Below, one piece after another: positions 29,541 to 36,166 of a stretch of 64,000 nt of DNA. The notes under the pieces were generated by a model. The model saw nothing but the letters and a program-made list of their open reading frames with translations, was not told the DNA's origin and ran no database searches. Numbering within the stretch: position 1 is the stretch's first letter; every line of letters starts with the position of its first letter. The stretch comes from a virus. The translations under genes and the position numbers were made by a program. The stretch is taken from IMG/VR virus record IMGVR_UViG_3300031673_000004, positions 64,485 to 128,484 of that record; one strand, given 5' to 3'.

Positions 29541-29611
29541 GGGTTGGTAGCTCAATGCTAGAGCGAGCGTATGCGCATAGCTGACACACGGTTCAATTCC
29601 TGTCCAGCCCA
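29541..29611 (+). ncRNA. tRNA-like RNA with no canonical anticodon loop
   Basis: Acceptor GGGTTGG/CCAGCCC, D arm GCTC/GAGC, T loop TTCAATT; anticodon arm AGCGTATGCGCATAGCT. Confidence 0.55.
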
Positions 29612-29616
29612 TAATA

Positions 29617-29700
29617 CGAACGCCTGGAGATGTAGGTTTGAATCCTGCTCCCGTGGCAATTACGGGATAGTTTAAAGGAGAGAATACCAGGCCGTTTTTT
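29617..29700 (+). ncRNA. Circularly permuted tRNA-like RNA (YrlA-like topology)
   Basis: CCTGG, T arm, TCCCGT-loop-ACGGGA, D arm, CCAGG, then T-run. Confidence 0.65.
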
Positions 29701-29729
29701 CAAGGTTTAGTAAGTTATGGTATTTTAAC

Positions 29730-29758
29730 TTTACAAACTTTACATTCATGAGTATTAT
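29730..29758 (+). promoter_or_regulatory. Sigma70-type promoter TTTACA-N17-TATTAT; ATG follows almost immediately (possibly leaderless)
   Basis: Consensus match; no RBS before 29765. Confidence 0.55.
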
Positions 29759-29764
29759 ATCCAC

Positions 29765-30547
29765 ATGGAACAAATCAAAAAATGCAAATTCGCTAATGGC
29801 ACTGTTTACGCACTGCACACAGATGATGGCTACCCAATTGAAACAACAGATACTTTTCTTCCCTTTTACACAAAAGATGCCATCGGAAAGCACCAAAACA
29901 AACTAGACAATTATCAGCTTGGGGATCGTTCGGAACGTTGGATGATCGGTGTTTCTGTAATGTCAGGTTGCCCTGTGAAATGTCAATTTTGTGCAACGGG
30001 GCAACTTCCAAGGTACCGAAATCTTACAAGTGATGAAATTGTTGATCAAGTTCGATTTGTCCTTCAGCAACACCCAACATTAGAATTCAGCAAAGCTAAA
30101 GAACACAAAATAAATTACACTAGAATAGGTGAACCGTTTTTATGTATTGATTCCGTGAGAAAAGCAATCGGAGAGATTGAAAAAATATACCCAAATACTC
30201 ATCATTATGTTTCTACTATTGGAATCAAAGGATCCGATTTTTCCTGGATTCAAGAAAATATAACATTACAAATATCATTGCATGCATGTTCTGACCAGCG
30301 TAGAGATGAATTAATCCCATTTCGCAATAAAATGACTATAGAAGAGTTAGGGGCAATTCGAACCAAAAGCAAATTGAAGACAACATTGAATCTTACTCTT
30401 GTAAATAAAGATGATTTTGACATAGAAATTTTGAAAAAATATTTCCCTCCAAAGTATTTCTTCATCAAGCTAAGCCCTATCAATCCTAATACAGTTTCGG
30501 AAGCACATGGATTAGACAGTGTAATCGAAGCAGTTAACTTAGTCTGA
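29765..30547 (+). CDS. RlmN/Cfr-family radical SAM enzyme, N-terminal/core part
   Basis: SVMSGCPVKCQFCATG, RNLTSDEIVDQV, IGEPF, VSTIG, LQISLHA...RDELIP; lacks the C-terminal AACGQL. Confidence 0.85.
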   Translation: MEQIKKCKFANGTVYALHTDDGYPIETTDTFLPFYTKDAIGKHQNKLDNYQLGDRSERWMIGVSVMSGCPVKCQFCATGQLPRYRNLTSDEIVDQVRFVLQQHPTLEFSKAKEHKINYTRIGEPFLCIDSVRKAIGEIEKIYPNTHHYVSTIGIKGSDFSWIQENITLQISLHACSDQRRDELIPFRNKMTIEELGAIRTKSKLKTTLNLTLVNKDDFDIEILKKYFPPKYFFIKLSPINPNTVSEAHGLDSVIEAVNLV

Positions 30548-30559
30548 AAGGAGCTTATC

Positions 30560-30679
30560 ATGGCGGAAATTATGGAGCAATTGGATGAGGCTGGTTACGA
30601 TTACGCAATTGCCATTGCAACACAAGCAGAAATCGATGCAGGTGCAGCTTGTGGGCAGCTTTCCATCATTGTAGAGTAA
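30560..30679 (+). CDS. 39-aa peptide carrying the RlmN C-terminal AACGQL motif
   Basis: AAGGAG RBS; MAEIMEQLDEAGYDYAIAIATQAEIDAGAACGQLSIIVE; in frame with the upstream ORF. Confidence 0.8.
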   Translation: MAEIMEQLDEAGYDYAIAIATQAEIDAGAACGQLSIIVE

Positions 30680-30687
30680 CTTTTATG

Positions 30688-30790
30688 CCGGGAGTGGATG
30701 AGTGCCGATATCACCAGAGTGGACAGTGGGGATAGCGGGTTTCTCCGGAGTGCCCGTCCGCCACGCAGAGTTCAAGTCTCTGCCTCCCGG
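30688..30790 (+). ncRNA. tRNA-like RNA: acceptor-like stem and T arm with a non-tRNA interior
   Basis: GCCGGGAG/CTCCCGGT termini, GCAGAG-TTCAAGT-CTCTGC. Confidence 0.5.
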
Positions 30791-30809
30791 TCTTGTCTGA
30801 ACCTACACG

Positions 30810-30943
30810 GTTGCTCTGAGGCGCGGCAGCGCCTGGGTTGCGGTTGTGGAGCTTCTACATACAAAGCCAATCTGCGTCTGCCGACAAAAGGAAAGGCATG
30901 TAGGGAAGCAATGGAGCCGGGTGGCGGAATCCGGCCAGAGCAA
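30810..30943 (+). ncRNA. Candidate structured multibranch RNA
   Basis: TTGCTCTG/CAGAGCAA closing stem, AGGCGC-GGCA-GCGCCT, GCTTC/GAAGC, GCCGG/CCGGC. Confidence 0.45.
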
Positions 30944-30973
30944 AACGGGTTGTCGGATGCAGCAGTTTATTGT

Positions 30974-31168
30974 AAATTACGAATCCCGGAGATCGCCGGT
31001 TCGAATCCGGTCAGGGTAACACCACGGCTAATCTGAATTTTACAAAGTCTAGCTAACATGTAAAATTCCCTTGAACCGATCTTCAGTTCGCGGCTGTCGA
31101 AGAGTTCATTGAACAAGATTAATACGGGATATATCCTGTAGCTCAGTGGTTAGAGCACCGGGAATTTT
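30974..31168 (+). ncRNA. Circularly permuted tRNA-like RNA with ~110-nt structured insert closing the acceptor stem
   Basis: TCCCGG, GCCGG-TTCGAAT-CCGGT, CAGGGTA, insert, TATCCTG, TAGCTCAGTGGTTAGAGC, CCGGGA. Confidence 0.7.
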
Positions 31169-31170
31169 AC

Positions 31171-31241
31171 GCGGGTATGGCCGACTGGATAGGCTCAGGG
31201 CCTCCAACCCTGCTAAGCACGTTCGATTCGTGTTGCCCGCT
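31171..31241 (+). tRNA. tRNA-Gly(TCC), C33 variant
   Basis: CAGGG CC-TCC-AA CCCTG; U73. Confidence 0.85.
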
Positions 31242-31244
31242 TAT

Positions 31245-31317
31245 GACAGTGTAGCCAAATGGTAAGGCACTGGTCTGCAAAACCAGTATGTGATGGGTTC
31301 AAATCCCTCCGCTGTCT
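31245..31317 (+). tRNA. tRNA-Cys(GCA)
   Basis: CTGGT CT-GCA-AA ACCAG; U73. Confidence 0.9.
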
Positions 31318-31320
31318 TTT

Positions 31321-31393
31321 GCCGGGGTGACGGAAAGGTATACGTGCTGCTCTCAAAAAGCAGATTTTGTCGGTTCGAATCCGACTCCCGGTA
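31321..31393 (+). tRNA. tRNA-Leu(CAA), short variable loop
   Basis: CTGCT CT-CAA-AA AGCAG. Confidence 0.88.
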
Positions 31394-31414
31394 TAATGTT
31401 AATAGGAGATAAGC

Positions 31415-31606
31415 ATGTACAGAGTATGGGTTACACAAGGACAAGGCCCAGGTGAAAAACCTCAATGTGAATTTGAAACATTAGAAGAGGCACTCGCAGA
31501 AGTAGAAAAAATGAAAGGACAAGCATCATTCGGAATTGAATATCCAGACGGAACATGGCATAATTGGGAAGAAAATAATGCTGGCGTAACTCAGTTGGTA
31601 GAGTAG
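31415..31606 (+). CDS. Small hypothetical protein (3' end overlaps tRNA-Thr)
   Basis: AGGAG RBS, TATAAT upstream. Confidence 0.6.
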   Translation: MYRVWVTQGQGPGEKPQCEFETLEEALAEVEKMKGQASFGIEYPDGTWHNWEENNAGVTQLVE

Positions 31607-31652
31607 CTGATTTGTAATCAGCAGGTCGCGGGTTCGATCCCTGCCGCCAGCT
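31580..31652 (+). tRNA. tRNA-Thr(TGT)
   Basis: GCTGA TT-TGT-AA TCAGC. Confidence 0.93.
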
Positions 31653-31788
31653 TTTCCCGGTTCGATTCCTGTCTGGGGCTTTTAGTATAATGTCAGTGGA
31701 ATGCAACGCAAATATTGCATAAAGTGTAAAAAGCTAAGATTAATCAAGTTTTTTTATACTAATAAACTCAGAAAAGGGGCAATATAGC

Positions 31789-32613
31789 ATGAAAAAAATA
31801 AGAGACATTATAGAAGACAAAACTGGATTATGGTGGCATTCCCAAAATCTAAATGATGCGCATGGTTTACACGGTTCTATGTGGCTACAGGGGCGTGCCT
31901 GGTTACAGCATCCAAGTGATTTCCGTATTGGTTACGAGTGGAATCTTACAAGTAGTTCATGTGGGATTGGTATGACGCTTGCCTCTGACGAGAACCAAAT
32001 TGCACTTCACGTCTGTTTTCCGCCGATAGCATTATATACAAATTATACATTGCCATATAAATATAATAAATATTTTAGTTATCTACTTGGCAATACAGAT
32101 AGGCGTGATACATATCTAAGTTTCCATGATTGGACTGTATGGATAGAGCTTTGGAATAATAGCTGGGAATGGTCCAATCGTAAAACATTTTGGGAACAAC
32201 ATAGTTTGAGTTTAAATCTCTTGGATCTTATTCTTGGAAGATGGAAATATACCGAGCGTATCGTTGAAGAACAAGAAGTAAAGATACCTATGCCAGAAGG
32301 AACTTATCCAGCCAAGGCCAAAATATTTGAGTCTACATGGAAACGTCCACGGTGGTTTCCACGAAAAATGATACGAGCAAGTATAGATATCAAAGATAAT
32401 CAATTAATTCCATTTCCTGGAAAAGGTGAGAATTCATGGGATTGTGGGATGGATGGTTTGAGGGGTATGACGTGTTCGGAAAAGACCATTGAAGCTGCTA
32501 TTGGTGCAGTGGTCGGCAGCGTGCTACGCTCGCGGCGTAGGCACGGCGGAAGAGGTTGGGAACCTGATGTTAAGGATATCCCTCCGATTGTAGAATCCCA
32601 TAGAATAAAATAA
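31789..32613 (+). CDS. Hypothetical Trp-rich protein
   Basis: 274-aa ORF. Confidence 0.75.
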   Translation: MKKIRDIIEDKTGLWWHSQNLNDAHGLHGSMWLQGRAWLQHPSDFRIGYEWNLTSSSCGIGMTLASDENQIALHVCFPPIALYTNYTLPYKYNKYFSYLLGNTDRRDTYLSFHDWTVWIELWNNSWEWSNRKTFWEQHSLSLNLLDLILGRWKYTERIVEEQEVKIPMPEGTYPAKAKIFESTWKRPRWFPRKMIRASIDIKDNQLIPFPGKGENSWDCGMDGLRGMTCSEKTIEAAIGAVVGSVLRSRRRHGGRGWEPDVKDIPPIVESHRIK

Positions 32614-32626
32614 AAAGAGAAAAGCT

Positions 32627-33061
32627 ATGCGCCCAGATAAAGACAATTATTTTATGACTCTTGCACAAGGCATTAGCCGTAGGGCTACTTGTCTGCGCCA
32701 TAACGTAGGTTGTATAATTATTGATAGTTCCAATCATGTTATATCCACTGGTTATAATGGAGCACCAAAAGGATTAGCGCATTGTTTAGATGTCGGATGT
32801 ATTCGCAATGAAAAAAAGATTCCGTCTGGAGAAAGACAAGAATATTGCCGTGGTGTACACGCTGAGCAAAACGCCTTGATTCAAGCAGAAGATAGAGATA
32901 AACTTGCTGCAGGTACTTTGTATTGTACCCATACACCGTGCTTAGTTTGCCTAAAGATGATTTTAAATACTGGTATTATTCAAGTTGTCCATGGTGGAAA
33001 TTATCCAGTTACAAATTTAGCTTGGGATTTAATACAAGAATCAGGAATAAAATTCGAATAA
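32627..33061 (+). CDS. dCMP deaminase
   Basis: RATC...VGC, TGYNGAP, HAEQNA, PCLVC. Confidence 0.93.
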   Translation: MRPDKDNYFMTLAQGISRRATCLRHNVGCIIIDSSNHVISTGYNGAPKGLAHCLDVGCIRNEKKIPSGERQEYCRGVHAEQNALIQAEDRDKLAAGTLYCTHTPCLVCLKMILNTGIIQVVHGGNYPVTNLAWDLIQESGIKFE

Positions 33062-33083
33062 TATAAATTGGAGGAATAAAATC

Positions 33084-33482
33084 ATGACTGAAGAAAAAAC
33101 GATAGACATTAATCCTCATGTATTTAATTTTGAAAAAATAAGTTCAGAGGTACTTGAAACTGGCAGATCTCAAGTAGAGCAATATAGATTACTATTACAA
33201 GAAATAAGAGTTGGACATGATCTTCACGATGAGTTTTTAAAACGTTTCCCGGAGAGTTTAGGGGAGGCGTTATACGAAGATACACATATTTATATGGGGA
33301 CAAAGGTTACCTTTGTTAGATCAAAAGATGAAACGTATTATATGAAACCAAATGAATTATTATTTTTATCCGAGTCTGATCATATATATGTGCGAGGTAT
33401 AAAATGTGTAGCAAAAGAACTTACTACTAAAGAAATAGATGAAGCGTTAGCAGAAGGAAAAAAGATGCTGATGCATTTTTAG
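33084..33482 (+). CDS. Hypothetical protein
   Basis: GGAGG RBS. Confidence 0.7.
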   Translation: MTEEKTIDINPHVFNFEKISSEVLETGRSQVEQYRLLLQEIRVGHDLHDEFLKRFPESLGEALYEDTHIYMGTKVTFVRSKDETYYMKPNELLFLSESDHIYVRGIKCVAKELTTKEIDEALAEGKKMLMHF

Positions 33483-33518
33483 CTAACCGACCAGCTTTGC
33501 CAGGATTTTACAAATAAT

Positions 33519-33600
33519 ACCCTCGTTGGCGAATTGGATACGCCAGAAGCCTTCTAAGCTTCCGCCGAAAGGTATGCAGGTTCGAGTCCTGCCGAGGGTG
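33519..33600 (+). tRNA. tRNA-Arg(TCT) with long variable arm
   Basis: GAAGC CT-TCT-AA GCTTC; extra GCC-GAAA-GGT arm. Confidence 0.85.
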
Positions 33601-33615
33601 CTAATAAAAAAAGGC

Positions 33616-33644
33616 TTGTCAAAATAATGAATCATGCGTATAAT
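33616..33644 (+). promoter_or_regulatory. Sigma70-type promoter TTGTCA-N17-TATAAT upstream of tRNA(CAT)
   Basis: Consensus match. Confidence 0.7.
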
Positions 33645-33653
33645 GCTCACTAC

Positions 33654-33725
33654 GGACTCATGGCCCAACGGTAGGGCTGCCCGCTCATAACGGGTAGGTT
33701 GTAGGTTCAAATCCTACTGAGTCCA
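33654..33725 (+). tRNA. tRNA(CAT): Met or Ile2
   Basis: GCCCG CT-CAT-AA CGGGT. Confidence 0.88.
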
Positions 33726-33924
33726 TGATTTTTTAGAAAAGGTATAAATAATGTCTAATAAAGATTTGTGGCTAAAACCTCACGATATAAATACAAACTT
33801 CTGGTGGTACGAAGACGCACAAGGGCTGGCAGTAGTTTTTTATAACAAAAAAGTAGGTAGTATAGTTCAAAAAATTCCGTGGCGGTCTCTTAGAAATGCA
33901 TTGAAACGAAAAGACAAGAAATAA

Positions 33925-34006
33925 GCAGGTGTGGTGGAATGCATACACGTCAGACTTAAAATCTGGTGCCCGAAAGGGCGTGAGGGTTCAAATCCCTCCA
34001 TCTGCA
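33925..34006 (+). tRNA. tRNA-Leu(TAA)
   Basis: TCAGA CT-TAA-AA TCTGG; long variable arm. Confidence 0.92.
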
Positions 34007-34072
34007 TACATAAGGAGAAATTAAGATGGTTAGTATAATGTTTACAGGACCCCTAAAAGAACGATTATCCTA

Positions 34073-34405
34073 ATGCTTGAAGACGTACTCCATAAAGAAG
34101 TAAATAATTTATTAAATAAAGTAATGCTCGAATTTTCTAAGCTTTGCGGGCACCCACCCGATTGTCATTTATGCAAGGCTGATCTTGCATTAGGCTTGGC
34201 AGCAGTTTTAGCTGCAGGGCAAGAAAAAGTACTTGACAATTGGACTAATGATCACTATGCTATGCTCGACAAAATTGCAGAGGAAGAAACAACCCTGCAT
34301 GAGAAAGATACAAAAGAACAACATGAAAAAACAGTACAATTAATATTCGAAATGCAAGAGAAGGAAAAGATAAAACTAGAGGTGCTCGATGGAACGTCCG
34401 AATAA
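34073..34405 (+). CDS. Hypothetical protein, paralog of the N-terminus of 36167..37201
   Basis: Shared LCG.xPD..LCKAD.AL.L.AVL...NW...HY..L.KIA. Confidence 0.75.
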   Translation: MLEDVLHKEVNNLLNKVMLEFSKLCGHPPDCHLCKADLALGLAAVLAAGQEKVLDNWTNDHYAMLDKIAEEETTLHEKDTKEQHEKTVQLIFEMQEKEKIKLEVLDGTSE

Positions 34406-34649
34406 TTCAACGAAGCCAATTAAAGAAATACGACATGCTGATTTGACCCGATGGTCGGATGAATCTCGATTCAAATCTAAGTGTCCTGTATGTGCCGATG
34501 GGGTACTTTTGATTGGGCGTGGCGAACTTGGACAATTGCAGGGATTTGATAGGTGCATAGGATGCGGCCAAGCATTTAAATATCTTGATATTGATGATTT
34601 AAGGAAGCTGGATTGGAGTAGGTTCGATACGAAAAATACGGGATCGTAG
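34389..34649 (+). CDS. Small Zn-ribbon protein
   Basis: CPVC...CIGC; GAGG RBS. Confidence 0.65.
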   Translation: MERPNNSTKPIKEIRHADLTRWSDESRFKSKCPVCADGVLLIGRGELGQLQGFDRCIGCGQAFKYLDIDDLRKLDWSRFDTKNTGS

Positions 34650-34711
34650 CCAAGTGGTATGGCAACGGACTTTTAATCCGTGTACCGGGAGTTCGATTCT
34701 CCCCGGTCCCA
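34640..34711 (+). tRNA. tRNA-Lys(TTT)
   Basis: ACGGA CT-TTT-AA TCCGT. Confidence 0.92.
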
Positions 34712-34822
34712 TAAAGATTGAAGAGGAAAATTAAATGCGTATTTCAGATATTAGCAGACGAAAACATAATTCTTAGTAGTATAATATTAACAAGTAACCA
34801 CGAAACGAAATGGAGAAAGATT

Positions 34823-35617
34823 ATGTCTGAAACAGAAAAACAGAAGCGAAGAGCAGAGTTACATGAGATCCTCGCAGTGGATGCGTCCACCAAGGGTGAA
34901 TTTGAAAAGATCATTGCTGAAGCAGCAAATACGTTTTCAAAAAAGGCAGATCATTTTCAAGGACATCATCGTAAACTAAAGATGAAAGATGCGGAGCGAG
35001 AAACAGAAGAGTTAGCTGGAGAAACTCACAAGGAAATGGTAACGACTGTTTCTCAAAAGTTAAAGTACATGTCGAAAGCATGTGTCAAATACTTCGATGT
35101 GCTGCTCCAGAAGGAATCAACTAACCAAACTGCAAAAGCAGATTTGATTGTTGATGGAGAAACACTCGTTGAAAACGCACCGGCAACTTGGCTGCTCGGT
35201 ATGGAAGATCGCTTAAAAAAGGTCAGGTCAGTTTTAGATGACATTCCTACCCTACAGCCTGGTGTAAAATGGGAGGCAGATCCTACTCGTGGGAATGACA
35301 TCTGGAGATCAGCTTTTCCAGAAACTAAGGAAAAAACTGAGCAAACCATCAAGCCTTTCGTTCTCTATGAAGCGACTAAGGATCACCCAGCACAGGTTGA
35401 TAAATTAGTTGAGCATGTAGTTGTAGGATTGTTCAGTATCGACCGTTGGAGCGGTGCGTTCTCCCCTGCACAGAAGTCTGCGATCATGGAGCGGGTAGAT
35501 AAGCTTATTCGTGGTTGCATGAAAGCTCGGCAACGTGCAAATAAGGCGGAAGTAGTGCAATGCAAAGCAGGCAAAAAGCTCTTTGATTATCTATTAGGAG
35601 GAAACGATTCTAAGTGA
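34823..35617 (+). CDS. Conserved-type hypothetical protein followed by a structured ncRNA
   Basis: GGAG RBS before the ATG at 34823; LHEILAV..FQG..R, P...LL..E, IPTL.P, LYEATKDHPAQV, WSGA..P, KARQRAN. Confidence 0.8.
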   Translation: MSETEKQKRRAELHEILAVDASTKGEFEKIIAEAANTFSKKADHFQGHHRKLKMKDAERETEELAGETHKEMVTTVSQKLKYMSKACVKYFDVLLQKESTNQTAKADLIVDGETLVENAPATWLLGMEDRLKKVRSVLDDIPTLQPGVKWEADPTRGNDIWRSAFPETKEKTEQTIKPFVLYEATKDHPAQVDKLVEHVVVGLFSIDRWSGAFSPAQKSAIMERVDKLIRGCMKARQRANKAEVVQCKAGKKLFDYLLGGNDSK

Positions 35618-35619
35618 AT

Positions 35620-36020
35620 TGAGTGAGCTAAGCTTAGTGTCATCGTTGATGTTACCGCCTACACTACGGCCAGTCATTGACAGCCCAGTATTGTAGGTTC
35701 CCCGGATTGACATCCGGGAAAGGGCTAAACTTAGTGTATTGCTCATAAACTTAGGCTAGAAACTGGGGTAGTACTTGATAGGTTATCGAACCCAAAGCTT
35801 TCGAGCTAAAGGTTCAACCCCCTGTGCGTAGGTTCAATTCCTATCCCGTTCATTTTACGAACGGGTAGCTCAGTGGTAGAGCAAGGGGATATAAGACTGA
35901 AATTACCTATTCAAGGAACTCCTAGTGAATGCACGGACACAGCACGTAACGCTGTATTTAGCAGGGTCATGCGCCTATACGAACGGTGACGACTATACTG
36001 TGCATGACCCTGCGCCTTTT
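35620..36020 (+). ncRNA. ~400-nt structured RNA with TAARCTTAG repeats and an embedded permuted tRNA-like domain (35818-35888), ending in a terminator-like hairpin
   Basis: CCCCT, GTAGG-TTCAATT-CCTAT, CCCGTTC-loop-GAACGGG, TAGCTCAGTGGTAGAGC, AGGGG, within a longer stem; GCAGGGTCATGC/GCATGACCCTGC followed by T-run. Confidence 0.7.
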
Positions 36021-36166
36021 TAACTCTGTTAGGAGATATTCTATTCTTTCAACTAAAGGAGATAAATCATGTTAATCGATGCTATCGAAGAGTATAAAGA
36101 GAAGCTGTAAATTGGAAAATGGTATTGTTCTAATTGCTGTAAAAAAACTAACTTAGGAGATTTGAA

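Noticed and set aside
30545-30547. Genome-wide TGA recoding or selenocysteine
   Set aside because: TGA ends many genes in ATGA overlaps, no tRNA(TCA) is seen, and the downstream peptide has its own RBS; local readthrough is not excluded.
30698-31036. 112-aa ORF and similar ORFs over the tRNA/ncRNA regions (25768, 29020, 29292, 41236, 41258)
   Set aside because: They have no RBS, overlap structured RNAs and have uncharacteristic composition.
31655-31680. Additional tRNA after tRNA-Thr
   Set aside because: Only a T-loop-like fragment (GGTTCGATTCC) is present, with no D or anticodon arm; the same applies to 29505-29530.
33519-33600. Amber suppressor tRNA (CTA)
   Set aside because: The stem GAAGC/GCTTC fixes the loop as CT-TCT-AA (Arg); TAG is used as a normal stop (e.g. 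nrdJ).
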